In this document: in pieces, positions 40,726-54,573 of the stretch
Layout of the letters: each line of letters starts with the position of its first letter
Position numbering within the stretch: position 1 is the stretch's first letter
Origin: Mobula hypostoma
Lineage: Eukaryota
Length of the DNA stretch: 64,000 nt
Assembly: GCF_963921235.1 (NCBI RefSeq)
Contig: NC_086105.1
Location: 119,164,001-119,228,000, forward strand
Direction of reading: 5' to 3'
Notes under the pieces: model-generated
Databases searched by the model: none
What the model saw: only the letters and a program-made list of their open reading frames with translations
Told to the model about the DNA's origin: nothing
Position numbers and translations under genes: made by a program

Positions 40726-41819
40726 TCATAGAGGATGGCACATGTATCAGGTGTTGCAAAGCAAGTCAAGATTGTTATTTTGTAAAGTTCAATACTACAT
40801 GCTGCTTTAAGCATATAGAATGTTATTCATTTGAATATTGCTTCTAAATTTATCTCATTTCATCTGAGAAGATCGTTTTTCCAGCAAAGATTTCATGAGA
40901 ACTAATGCAATTCTTGACTAATGACTCAAAGGCAAGTTTACCATGAGACAGAGCTAGAAATATTTTTCTTCTGTTTCTTTCCTTCTGAAGCTAGAGTGAT
41001 GTGAACAAATGAGGCAGTCTGGCGGTTCGGTTCTGCAGCCTGAAGATTGTGAAAAGAGCTTTACCTTTGCTATGTTATTTGACGCACGGTGTTTGAATTG
41101 TATGTGAATCCCTGCCAAAACATTTTGAAATTGGAACCGTTTTCTTTCTAATTCCAGCTTCAAATGATATTTATTCAGTTTTTTTTTTCTAAGATAACAA
41201 ATGGTTGCACTTAATTTCTGAGTCACTGTTTGGAAAATAATCAAAGTAAAATTATTCAAATTCTCATAGCATATTGGGCAGCATGAAAACTTTTCACTTG
41301 CAGAGCTTCATTGGCTCCTGGACCAGAAAGGAATGTATTAAATTTAATTTTAAAGTTTCCATTTCTTTTCCTTCTCCTTCTAACTCTAGTTCTAACCTCT
41401 TGAACAAGCTCTGTTTTTTTTTTATTGCTCCATCAATGGCTGCCTTATTTTCATTTGACTGGTGCCTCTGGAATGTCTTTCCTGAATCTCTCCATGTCTC
41501 TCACTCCAACCTTGTTTAAGGAGATCAGTGTAGACTATCTCCTTGACCAAATATTTGATCAAAGATTCTGGAAAAGAGGCAAATTTTCTTCAGTTTCATT
41601 CCTGTAAGTCCCCTTAATATGTTAAAGGCATCATTTGAATGGATCTTTTATATATATGCGTGCCTGCTGTGATCCAGTGAATAGGATCTCACAGCTGCAT
41701 AAGAGACTACATTTTCTAGCTTCACTTGAGAGAAATAAGTACAACTGTGAATGTTGTACAGTGAGAAATCTTCAGTCAAATTTAGAAGATCCCTTGGCTT
41801 TATTTCAAATAAGATTAGA

Positions 41820-42255
41820 GTTAGGGAGCCATAGAAAAGTACAGCACAGAAACGGCCCACCTCGACCATGCCGAACCGTTTAAACTGCCTACTCCCATCG
41901 ACTTGCAACGGGACCTTAACCCGACATACCTGTACCATCCATGTACTTATCAACACTTCTCTTAAATGCTGAAATTGAGCTTGCATGCACCACTTGGGCT
42001 GGTGGCTCGTTCCACACACTCACGACCCTCTGAGTGAAGAAGTTTCTCCCCATGTTCCCCTTAAACTTTTCACCTTTCACTCTTAACCCATGACCTCTAG
42101 TTTGTAGTCCCACCCAACCTCAGTGGAGAAAGCCTGCTTGCATTTGCCCTGTCTATACCCCTCATAATTTTGTTTACATCTATCAATTCTCTTCTCAATC
42201 TTCTGTGTTCCAAGGAATAAAGTCCTAGCCTATTCAGTCTTTCCAAATAACTCTG
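41820..42255 (-). mobile_element. CR1-type LINE 3' end inserted in a Deu-SINE
   Basis: ERLNRLGLYSLEHRRLR; TRGHGLRVKG...NFFTQRVVSVWN. Confidence 0.85.
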
Positions 42256-42259
42256 CCAA

Positions 42260-42450
42260 GATTCCAGCCAATGTTTTCCTCTCAATCAATAGCATTAAAA
42301 TTCTACCAACTAGGCGGTAGCACATTGTGTGTGGGAGCTTACTGTTCATAATTTGGTGATCTCATTTCCTTCAGTTACCACATTGCTTGTAAAATGCTTT
42401 GGGCTATCTAGAGGGTGTAAAAGAAAGATAAATGGAAATCTTCCTTTCTT
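42260..42450 (+). mobile_element. Deu-SINE (SacSINE/AmnSINE-like) 3' part
   Basis: ccaatgttttcctctcaatcaa; cacattg-tgtgggagcttactgt; tgtaaaatgctttggg; upstream part gatcccttggctttatttc at about 41788. Confidence 0.55.
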
Positions 42451-43246
42451 TTATTATGTGAGACTTATCGGTCACAAGACTGATTGAGAATAATCTCCCC
42501 CCACCACTGTCAGAGAGGATGATGAGAACTTAAAATGCTGGCTCATGCGACAGTTACCTACCAACTCTACACTATTTCTATCAGTTAGCAGTTGCCTTTT
42601 GAGTATTCTGTACCTCAGTTGAACAACATGGATTTGCCATTTTAAATGTGTGGGTTTAAATTTGCACGTATAATCCTAGGAAAGGGAGACAGGATATTGT
42701 TTTGCGTTTAATCTTAAAGTTTCCTTCAGGATTAATATGGGCAAGAAATGCCAATGAGGATACTTTTTTCCATTTGCAGACTTCATGTGCCTAACTATCT
42801 CCATTCTCATTCTGATCTTTGCCAAATGAAGATCCTGTTCTGAAACAGATTCTGTTTTTCATTTGAAACAAAGTAATTTTCAGCAGCAATATTTTTTTAC
42901 CCAACTATCTATTTGGTCTTTCAAACAAACATCTCTTTAAACAACTTGGTGAAAGTTGAATACTATATCACAGATATTCATGAAATTGAACCATGGAATA
43001 AAGTTGTACTATTGGTAGGAGATCGAGGTAAATTTTATGACAAGAATGAACAGAGACATTAAAGTCCCTCATACAAGCAATGAAATGCTGTCTTGGCAAT
43101 GATTGCCACAACAGAAACCTAGAGTTGCAATTTCATAGTATTTCTCAATAGAAATAGAGATTTTAAAAATCTCCTCTCAGTGGTTGGTTCTGAGATTGGG
43201 CTTAGATGTCCTTCCACTTTTTCTTGCTGCTTGTTCACATTATGTA

Positions 43247-43777
43247 AAGTGGCCCCTTTATTGGGTACAACTATACACCACTTCATTAATGCAAATATGT
43301 TATCAGCCAATCATGTGGTAGTAGCTCATTGCATAAAAGCATACAAGAGGTTCAGCTGTTGTTCAGACCAAACATCAGAATGGCGAAAAAATATTATCGT
43401 GATGCGAAGAAAAGTGACTTTGATCATGGAATGATTGATGGTGACAATCAGAAAGTGCTGACCTGCAGGGATTTTCATGCACAACGTTCTACAGAGTTTA
43501 CAGCGAATAGCGCAAAACAACAAAAATCATCCCGTGTGGGGCAGTTCTATGGGTGAAATGGATTGTTAATGAGATAACTCAGAGGAGAATGGCCAGATTG
43601 GTTCAAGCTGTTAGTAACTCAAAGAACCACACATTACAACACTGGTGGTCAGAAAATCTCTGAATGAACAACACATTGAACCTTGAAGTAGATGAGTTAT
43701 AGCAGCAAAAGACAGTGAACAATGCTGTCATCACTTTATTAGGTACAGGATGTACCTAATAAGGTGGCCACTGAGTG
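43247..43777 (+). mobile_element. Tc1 non-autonomous deletion derivative, same family as 13532-14065
   Basis: KKSDFDHGMID; 3' TIR tgtacctaataaggtggccactgagtg followed by TA. Confidence 0.8.
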
Positions 43778-43864
43778 TATATCTTTTAAATTCTTTCAAA
43801 ATGTTTCAATTCCTCTTTCTGAAGTTATTAGATAACTCTATTAAACTCATTTTTATTCAAACCC

Positions 43865-46800
43865 TTGTGCATTTAATATTTCAGTAATATTTGAGTAATA
43901 TTATAAATATATTGTTTGATGAAGTATTCTTTTTTGTTTACATATTGCATTATGGGCTATATGTAAAAGTACGTAAATAACATGCGTCATTAGGACAGCA
44001 CATCATACATATGTGCTTCGCTTAAAGTAAAACCAAAGTTACACTCGCAGTCCTGGCTTACTCGTTTTCCTTTCAATTAGTTTTTATGATTTGACATTAC
44101 AAAACACAACAATAGTGACAAGAAAGTTTTAAGCAGACCCAAAATGACTACTTACCTGTTGAAGCACAGTGAGACGTTCAAGTATTTTTTGTTAAAAAAG
44201 CAGCACAGCGCAAGCCTTTTTGGAAGGGCAGAGAGATATCAAGTTTTAAGAAAGGTAGGAGACAGATGAAATTCACAGGTTCATACACACGTTATAATAA
44301 TCATCAATTTAAAAAAAAGTAATGGCTGGCCTCATAAGAAAGTTTGACATATTTGTTTGCACAACAGATAATTGAGTATTGTATACTGAACAGATTGTGC
44401 AGTATTTTGAAGCAAATGAAGTAGCCAATGAAAAGCAAGTGCTAGTTTTGCTGAGTGCATTGGGTTTAAAGGCATACAGTTATCATGAAAGTAATGCAGA
44501 AACATTTTAAAATGAAGTCATGGGTGTTTGCAGAATGTTTTAGGATTCATAAGTGGAATCAAAAGGAAGGGGAGACCATTTCGGCATATGTGGCTGTTTT
44601 GAAGAAGTTGTCTGAACATTGTCAGTTCAGTCATGGGTTTGATCCCATGACTGAGAGATCATTGGGTTTGAGGAATCTTAAAAGAAAACACTCAAAAACG
44701 GCTCCTAACTGAGACACAACTTAGATTTTAAAAAGCAGTTGAAATTGCTCTATCAGTGGAAACAGCAGACAGAGACACAACTGAGTTGCAATCAGGAAAC
44801 TAAGCGTGAACAAGATTGCAACATTTAAACAGAAACCAGCCTGACGAACAAATTGTGTAACTAAGACGAGAAAATCTGCAGGTGCTGCAACACACACAAA
44901 ATGCTGGAGGAACTCAACAGGCCAGGCTGTATCTATGGAAAAGAGTAAGTAGTCAAGTTTCAGACAAGATGAGAAGTTAGGGCAAGAAGGTTGGGGGAGG
45001 GCAGGAAGGGGTACAAGGTGGTAGGTAATAGGTGAAACAGGGAGAGGATGAAGTAAGGAGCTGGGGAGTTGATAGGTGAAAGAGATAAAGGGCTGGAGAC
45101 GGAGGCATCTGATAGCAAATGGTAGAAGACCATGGAAGAAATGGAAGGGAGAGAAGCACCAGAGGGAGGTGATGGATAGGTAAAGAGATAAGGTGAGAGA
45201 GGGAAACAATGGGGGAATGGTGGGGAGGGGTGCAATTACCAGAAGTTCCAGATATTGATGTTCATGCCATCAGGGTGGAGGCTACCCAGACAGAATATAA
45301 TTACTGTACTGTAACTGTATGTTACCATTGTGACAGGGACACATACACCAGACCAAAGTGCAGATTTAAAAGTGAAAATTGCAGAAAATGCCACAAAGTA
45401 GGGCACATACAAAGAGAATGTCGGGTAGACAGAAATAAATTGTCTGCACAATGAAGAGAAAAAGATAAAATATCAAGTTGCAGTTTCAAAAAGAGCACTA
45501 ATCTGTATGCTGTTGTTGAAAAATCTGGTAATGATGAGCGTTACGCAGGCCTGAGTAGCCTTTGGATTTATTTTGTGAAAACTAACAATAGACAAGCAAT
45601 ATGGCTTATACCAGATGTGAAAAGCAAATTAATTAAAAAGGAATTGGACACTGGATTGGCTGTTTTAGTCATTCCACAAAATAAGTTTGAATGGCATTTC
45701 AAATATACTTTATTGAAGCCTGCAGATATCCAACTACAAAGTCATACTGGAGAAAAGATATCCCGTGGGAATGACATTCGTAACAGTTAAATATAACAAC
45801 CAACAAGCCACATTGGTCTTGTATGTAGTAAAAACAACCAGCATTGTGGGGGCATGATTGTCTGAGCCAACTACATCTTACATATGCACCTCATTTTAAG
45901 TAAAAACAGAGTTAGATTCACGTTACTGGCTCCCTCTTTTCAATTTTTTTTTTATGATTTGAAGTTACAAAACATAACAATAGCAATGAGGAAGTTTTAA
46001 ACAAACTCAAAATGAATGTCTCCATGTTGAAGCACAGTGAGCCATTCAGTTTAAAAACAAGCCATGCAGCACAAGCTTCTTCAGAGCCCATGGTTGAGTG
46101 GGGCTCATGGGCAATGCCAGTGGTCCTAGAAGCCAAGAAGAATGGGTCTGTGGTGATTTTGAGGTCATCTTCAACCCTGATTGCTGAAAGTTGATCAATA
46201 CCCTCTGCCCCGTATGGAAGACATCTTTACAAACCTCACAGATGGAAAACACTTCAGTAAAGTGGATTAAGCTGAGGCCTACCAACAGATAGAGACGGAA
46301 GAAAACACTCACAAAGGGCTTTATCACTATATTGGGCTTACTTTTGGAATAACATCTGCTCCTTCACTCTGGCAGATATCTATGGAACAGGTGTTGTAAG
46401 ACTGCTCAGGCACTCAGTGTTATCTGAATGACATTATTGTTACTTGTAGGTATGACAAAGAACATCCCCAAAATCTCAAAACAGTGTTAAAAAGATTAGA
46501 ACATTGTGAGCTCGGAGCATGACACAACAAGTGTGAATTCTTTAAACCAAGCATCACTTACTGTGGTTACACCATCAATGCACAAGAATTTCACAAGAGA
46601 GCAGGGAAATATCAAGCAGTGGTGGATGCCCCAAGGCCAAAGGACGTGTCGCAGTTGTGGTCCTTTTTAGGATTTGTCAATTGTTATAACCGGGTCCTGC
46701 CAAACCTGGTTTCCTCCACCCCTTCAATTTATTACTAAGAATCAAAAAGAATTGGTAGCGGATTTGGCAGAGTGAGGTGGCTTTCCAAAAGGCAAATGAA

Positions 46801-47759
46801 ATGATGATGTCAGACATTGGACTCACACATGATTCACATCATCCTCTGGTGCCTCGCCTTATGGTATGGGTGCAGTCATGTTACATGCGATGTGATGGAA
46901 GTGAAGGCACCATAGCATCTGCATCACGTTCCCTTTCCACTGCAGAGAAAAAACATGCACAAATTGACAGAGAGGCCTCGAGTCCGGTGTGAGATGTAAA
47001 ATGTTTCAACCAGAACTTGTATGGGAGAGAGTTTACCCTCGTACTGATCGTCAACCACTAGTGTCCATTTTCAATTCACAGAAGGTTGTTCATTTAACAA
47101 CAGCAGCACAAGAGCAGAGATGGGCCCTGTTTCTTGGAGGACACAATTACAAGGTCAAATTCAAGAGGACAACTAATCATGGAAATACTGATGGAGCACT
47201 TTGGAGAAAGGAGAATAAAGCTGTCCAGTGCTCTCAGAACCATTTCCTGCTGTCCCAGAATCGACTCCAGAACCTGAGATTTTCTTCACAGCCACAAGTC
47301 ATCCCCCTTGTCAGAAACAAATTTATCCCACAAGAGTAAGAGAGCCTTCGCAGTGATTAAATCTTTAATCATGAAAGGGACTTTTTAAAATTTACTATGC
47401 TGTGGATCTCTGTATAGTAGTTATTACATAGTATGCTGTGTATATAAGTTGAGATGCATTTTATATTGAGTTGGAGTTTATGTGTTTATAACTAAGCAGG
47501 GAGGGGTGTTGTGTGTTTCATATTTCAGTCATATTTGAGGACTATAGTAAATAAATTGTTTGAAGATTTCTTTGTTGTTTACATAATGCATTGCAAGTTA
47601 TATGTAAAAGTATGTAAATGGCATACAGCATTATGCCACCATGTCACACGTCATATGTATGCACCTTACTTAAAGTAAAAATGAAATGTGACTCATATTC
47701 CCAGCCTCCTTATTTTCCTTTCAATTCATTTTAATCTTTTGCAGTTACAAAACATAACA
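43865..47759 (+). mobile_element. Decayed Ty3/Gypsy LTR retrotransposon (gag-pro-RT-RNaseH; integrase not seen)
   Basis: LTRs 43865-44111 and 47507-47759; degenerate PBS after 44111; PPT aagcagggagggg; gag QKEGETISAYV; CCHC CRKCHKVGHIQREC; protease ELDTG; RT YLNDII; RNase H ASRSLSTAEKKHAQIDREA. Confidence 0.9.
44866..45300 (-). mobile_element. Penelope-like family A fragment nested in the Gypsy gag
   Basis: Family A 3' end and purine-rich block interrupt gag before the zinc knuckle. Confidence 0.8.
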
Positions 47760-50700
47760 GCCCTGATTTGGGGCACTACTCACAATACCAACATTTTATC
47801 CCTATCCTTAATTGTCTTTGAGAAATTAGCAATGATTTGCTACCTTGAACTGAAGCTCTGTATGGGAATTCTCAATCTTAACCCAGTGGTAGTGAGGGGT
47901 TGATGACAATATCCAAGTCTAGAATAATTTCTGTGGTTCCTGCCATTAGCTAAGAAAACAGTTAACCATGATATCTGCCAGAATAGTGGACAGCTTCTTT
48001 TCCTTTAGCATGAAAGCTTAGGGCATAATGTGTAAGAGAAAATCAACTCACTTTCAATAGTAGCAGGTAGACTGACATGATCAGCAATTCTGTGACTCAA
48101 AGCCATTGCCAACTAAATAGAATACAGGCAGACTTTTTTGTTGTTCATGATCACCCTAGACAATGCTGCCTTTTTGAAATTACAGTAGTATGTTTTCCTG
48201 ACAGATAAAGAGACACATGGGATAGCTCTTTGTGTGTGCAGAAATATTAAAAAGATAAATCACATTACCATGGGAAGATATTACGAGTAAATAATCAGTA
48301 ACTACATAGCAATGCCAAATAAGGCAGATCTAATTCTAAGTATTTTGATAGAAATTGTTTTGAGAGAAAAATAAGCATCCTACAGAAATGAACTTTTTGT
48401 TGTTGACATGATCTACTTCATCACAGGAGGAGCAGGCCATTAATTGTCATTGAGATTGTGTAAACTACTGGCTGTCATCTGAGGTTAACACTGCTTCGTT
48501 CTCCCAGCACTGGATATAAAGCATGCGGTTTTAGATATGGACCTCATTGGTAGAACTGGGGATTAGGATTTTCTCAACTATTCACAGCTTAAATAGATGA
48601 TTCTCGACAGTTTCAGACCTGTGTAGGTAAGTGACTGAAATGAAAGAGTAGAAATACTTCGAATAAGTTCCCTTCATTGTTAACTGTTCCACTCATGCTT
48701 TGAGGAAATCATTGATTGTAAATTAAATAACTTCTTTCAAACTAAAAACCTGGGCTACGATATTTGAAAGCATGGACTTAATCTCCACATGTGACACGCG
48801 CATGGACATTTTGTTTATCCAGTTTACACTGGGAAGTATGTTGTGAAGAGAAATAGGCTGGTATTACCATGGCGATGTCTATTGTCTGAGTATCCATTTA
48901 TTTTTGTTTAAACAATTTGACAATTTCCTTTGTGAAAAATGCTGGGAAGAAATATTGAATAAAATGGGTTAAAGGGGCTGAACTAAAGACAATAGACCAA
49001 CAACAACTGAAGAAAGCACAGCAAGAAATGAATTTTCCAATCAATTTATTTCTACATAAAGCATAGAACTAAGAAATGTACAGAACAAGAACAGACTTTT
49101 TGACTCATTAAGACTACATTGACCATGATGCCAATTAAGCTAATCATTTCTGTCTGTACTTGGTCTATATTCTTCTGTTTGTTGTCTGGTCCCTCTTAAA
49201 CACTACTATCATATCTTCTTCTATCACCTCCAATGTACCAGAGAAAACCAAATTTGCACTAACTCTCCTTATAGCTTATTATATATTGGTTTTGATTTTG
49301 GTTAAATAATGCAGTAAAAGTTTTGGTTTTAAAAAGGGTTTTTCAGTGCATTTGCACTTCTATTATTAGTTCTGCACTTTCAAACTTGTGCATGTGTCTT
49401 TTACATGAATGGAGTCTCTCAGCAGAGGTGAAAACTTTGTGCTTTAATAGCCTTGTTATGGGATTAGTTATGCTGAGATTTCAGATTCATTTGTAACATG
49501 TGACGGTGTGCTGGTAACCAGCATGCATGAAAAGTTAATTAATGAGGGCTATGTCAATTTCCCTGCACCATGTCAATTTGCAGAGAGTTAATTCATCACA
49601 AATTGCCCAGCCAGCAGCATGTAGATGATACAATCTGTACTTCATTGTCTTTCTAAATAATGTCTGCAATGCCATAGTGAAGAAACATAGCTTGGCTTTC
49701 ATTTTTTTTTCATTGAGACTATTGCACACATTGTAATGGACTGCATCCACAAGCAGCTGTGGTATAGTAAAGATGAATATTCGAGAAACAAATTAGCCTG
49801 GATTTATAGGCCATTTCTTTGCTGTTGTTGGCACTTCAGAGATTACACACAGAAAATGAAAGATGAAAAATTACCCCTACATGCATAGTGCTGTGATTAA
49901 ACCAGTATGTTAATTAGAACTTTGATGTCAGGTTTTCATATGCCAAGTCTGATAGCTGGTCTTACATTTCTGAATTTAATTCTTGTTTAGAAACCAATCT
50001 TTTGACTGCAAATGGTGCATGTTCTTTATTTTATCGTGAGCAGTTCAATAACCGACAGAAAACAAGGTACGTGGGTGCATTTTAAGTTATATTACATGCT
50101 TTACATCAACAGACCAGTACATTATATGAAGACCGCAGTGCTGCATCAACCAACATCATTAATAATGTAAGATGCTTGGTGCTATGCATTTTCATAAAAG
50201 AGATTCTGTTTAGCTAAGAATGCAGAAAATAGTAAACTCATTCTGCAGCTTACATTTTGCTGATCAATTCTATTAAGATTTTAAGTGAGATATAATGCAG
50301 TACATTAAAATGGTGAAGTCTTTCAATTTAGCTATCTATATTATGATTTATTTACAAAGAATATCCTTAAGGATTTAGGTGTCCCATTGGCACCAATTTT
50401 GGCCTGCATTAATTACGTTAAGGTAAGTAGATCAAAATTAAGTTGACTTTGTGCCATACTGATTTACATTTCACAAATAAATAGAACTACAATTTGGCTG
50501 AGAAATAAAAGCTTTTGTTAATCCACAGCAGAGCCATACAAAGCCATGAAGATTACAGGCCACCTGAAATAAAAAAATCATTCATGATGTAAAGATACAA
50601 ATTAAGATACTATTTTGTTCCCACTTATGGCATATATGCTGAATTCCCCCCCCCCTTTACTGTTGTGCATTGGGGAATAAGGAAGATATGCCCGACGCAG

Positions 50701-52411
50701 GCCTCTCATAGCCTGAGTCGACATTCCCCTCCCCTAAGATATAACAGCAGATTTATAATTCTTTTGTAAGGATTGTGAGCCTTTCGAACTACCTTCCTTC
50801 AAAAGTACTGAAAACAGAGTTTTTAAAAATGTTTTCCAAGGTGCATTCTTAATAAGCAAGTCGGTGAAAGGTTACTTCATGTAGATTAGGCATGATCATT
50901 TTACGCAATGGGTTAAGCTTTGAGGGCTGAGTATTCTCTTTAAACAGAGAGACAGGAAAGGCAATTTGACAGATGTTTTCCAAAGTCACTAAAGAGTAAA
51001 TTGTTCTGCTGGCATGGAGCTGTGGCACTCAAATGGATCTTTGGGGAAAATTTACAAAAAGAGACAAAATAATTTGATCCATAACAGGAATGCATTGGAT
51101 AGTCAGGTGTGGTAAAATGGATGTAGAAAGTAAGTTTCCTGAATTTTCCATTGAAATAAATTGTCTTTAAAATGGGAAATTCCTGGGTGATTTGCTTACT
51201 ACTTGTTTAACTGCTAGGACTATCATGAAGAGCATCAGCCTGATGTATATTACTGGTCAGAGGTAAGGGATAGGCAAAGTGCTTGTTAGTCCATTATAAG
51301 AGCTTTTGCTCATATTCTCATAGCATAAGCCGACTTCAAAAACACACATTTGAATATTTGTTTCTGCTGCCTTGTCTGTGGAAGAATGAACTACATGAAT
51401 TTCAAAGACTTCCTTCTCTGCGAAAATTGCAGAACTATGGAAGTGTTACAGCATAGCAGGCCATGCAGCCTCCTGGGACCATTTTACATCTCCAGGTGAG
51501 CCATCTAGTCAATGCTCTTTCCCCACGTATCTGGTCAAGTGTCTCTCCAAATCCCTTATGAAAGCATCAACTGAATTTGATTCCACCATCATTTTGGGTA
51601 GTGAATTCCAGATCAGGATTGCTTATCCTTTGAAAATATTCTTTTTTTCTCCCATGCTGTGTACTTCTATTGCCATTCACATTTAATCTGCATCCCCTTG
51701 TGCTTACCTGCCCACCAATAGAAGGAATTGCCCTTCATTGCCTAAAACTTTACAACACCTTTCGTGTCTCTCTGTCGTACTCACTTTTCATACAATCTTA
51801 TGAAGCAGGTGCAGGAGTAGGCCTTACTTAAATGTAACATCAATTCCTCATTGAGTGCTAGATGCTTGGATGAACTGAATGGTGTGATTTTGTGCCATAT
51901 GTCTGTAAGTGTATGTAGATTGATCCATCAGGCAAAGTAGTAGCAGCAAAGGAAGTCATTGCGGCTTCCAAGACAAAATAAACTGCTGGAAAGTGAGCTT
52001 GGAAGACCGGATAATGTTTAAAATTTGAGATTTTTGTCTGTTCTAAAACTAAATGAGATCTTAGAATTTATCAAGCAATGTTCTGTTCCCATTGGGATTA
52101 AATTAATATGAATTTTAAGAAGTACAAATAGAAAGTGACAACTCTGTGTTAAAGTTTAGACATTTAGCACTTAGGTATGAACAGAATTCATGGAGCTAAT
52201 AATAACCAAGGTTAGTGTGTGGGAACTCTGAGCAGCTAGTTGAAATGCTGGCCTTACAAACTGCTTGATATTAGTCTCCATTGACTTCAATTATATGTAA
52301 CCATTCTTTTGAGTATAAATTCAGTATTGTTTTTGAGCTGTTAAATATCATTGCCAGGGTTACTGTAGTTAATCTCTTGATCTTTGTTGCTATCCACATA
52401 AAGATTCCTGC

Positions 52412-53278
52412 TATTACGTAACCCGCCACAATGAATATCAATCGAGTCAGGTTATATAAAAACAACCAAGCATTTATTAAACATGGATAAACAATAAAAA
52501 AAAAACAGACAAAAACCTTAACTGGAAGTTAACCGCTACGCGGCCATTCAACAAATCGCCACTTGGTACTGGTTCTCAGAGCAATAAATGCTAAAACAGT
52601 TCTTAAAGCAGTAAAGTGAAATACAGTACTTAAAATGGTAAATTCGAAAGTCCAACAGATTTATACATTCAATTGGGAGAGACTTCTCTGGAGAAGGATT
52701 TCTTCATAGACATGACTTTCCTGCTGGTTCTGTCCAAAAGGATTCACAATGAAGGAAATAAACAGCTTAAAACAACTGACCTTTCTTCTGGCAAGCAAAT
52801 CCTGCATGAACTACCTTTCTCTTTTAGCAGGAGTTATCCTCCATGCAGTTTGCTACTTCTTCAACGAAGACTCAATAAGGTCGATCCTTTATTAAACTGC
52901 CAAACATTACCGACTTCTCTTAATCCTTCATATCCTGTACTTCAATAAAGTCTTCACTCTCCAATACTACTGGAAAGGTACATCAACAAATCTGGCAGAA
53001 ATGGGTAACTACCAGTCCAGCACTACTGTACCTTACAATAGAACGTAAAACTCTGTTGTAAAAATGAAACTGCGTCATAAAACAAATACGCAACGGAACA
53101 GAGACACTGACTAACGTTCTAGCTGGAAAACTAACTGCATCACCAGAGGCCTCCGTTTTATACCTGTGGTGATAAAACGTGACTTCACATCGGTGGGAAA
53201 ATTACATCAGGTGACCTCCAAAAGACCATTACATCATTCTCACAAGAAAGTCACAAGATCTCCTTGAGGTCTGTAACA
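52412..53278 (-). mobile_element. Solo LTR (Gypsy-like), 867 bp
   Basis: Ends TATTAC...GTAACA (one mismatch from TGTTAC); exact 4-bp TSD CTGC (52408-52411 and 53279-53282); minus-strand AATAAA near 52472. Confidence 0.7.
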
Positions 53279-53325
53279 CTGCCTATTATCTCTTCACCAG
53301 ACTGACCTGCATCAAAGTGCCAGAA

Positions 53326-54573
53326 AGCACGATAGTGTAGTTGTTAGCACAATGCTTCACATTGCAGGTGACCTGGGTTCAGTTCCTGCTGCTGCATTTA
53401 AGGAGTTGGTACATTCTCCCCGTGATCATGTCAGAATCAGAATCAGGTTTATTATCACCAGCATGTGTTGTGAAATTTGTTAACTTAGTAGCAGCAGTTC
53501 AATGCAATACATAATACAGAAGAAGAAGAAGAAGAATAAAATAAAATAATAAATAAATAAGCATTACAGTATACGTATATTGAATAGATTAAAAATTGTG
53601 CAAAAACAGAAATAATATATATTAAAAAAGTGAGGTAGTATTCATGGGTTCAATGTCCATTTAGGAATCAAATGGCAGAGTGGAAGAAGCTGTTCCTGAA
53701 TTGCTGAGTGTGTGCCTTCAGGTCTCTGTACCCGCTACCTGATGGTAACAGTGAGAAAAGGGCATGCCCTGGGTGCTGGAGGTCCTTAATAATGAACACT
53801 GCCTTTATGAGACACCACTCCTTGTAGATGACCTGGGTACTTTGTAGGCTAGAACCCAAGATGGAGCTGACTAAAATTATGACCCTCTGCAGCTTCTTTC
53901 GGTCCTGTGCAGTAGCCTTCTCGCCGCCCCCCCCCCCACATAATAGACAGTGATGCAGCCTATCAGAATGCTTTCCACTGTACATCTGTAAAAGATTTTG
54001 AGTGTATTTGTTGAGATATGGAATCTCTTCAAACTCCTAATGAAGTATAGTCACTGTCTTGCCTTCTTTATAATTGCATCGCTATATTTCGACCAGGTTA
54101 GTTTCTCAGAGATCTTAACACCCAGGAACTTGAAACTGCTCACTCTCTCCACTTCTGATCCCTCTAGAGGATTGGTATGTATTCCTTCGTCCTACCCTTC
54201 CTGAAGTCCACAATCAGCTCTTTATCTTACTGACACTGAGTGCAAGGTTGTTGCTGTGACACCACTCCACTAGTTGGCGTATCTCACTCCTGTACACCTT
54301 CTCATCTCCATCTGAGATTCTACCAATAATGATTATATCATCAATGGGTTTCTTCCAGGTGCTCCGGTTTCCTCCCACAGTCTAAAGACGTAATTAGTCA
54401 TTGTAAATTATCCTGTGATTAGGCTTTGATTAAATCAGGGGATTGCTGGGCAGCGTAACTCGGAGGGTCAGAAGGAATAACAAGCTATGTAGCCAACTAG
54501 GATGCCATAGGAGGCCAGTAGGGACGGAAGGACCTATTCCGTACTGTATCTCAATAATAAAAATAAATAAATA
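53326..54573 (+). mobile_element. V-SINE split by a Rex1/Babar insertion (SINE parts 53326-53430 and 54344-54573)
   Basis: tRNA head plus V-domain ggagttggtacattctccccgtg | gggtttcttccaggtgctccggtttcctcccaca; (TAAA)n tail. Confidence 0.8.
53431..54343 (-). mobile_element. Rex1/Babar LINE 3' fragment
   Basis: QDRKKLQRVI; IIKDLQHPGHALFSLLPSG; FRNSFFHSAI; (TTCTGA)n tail. Confidence 0.85.
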
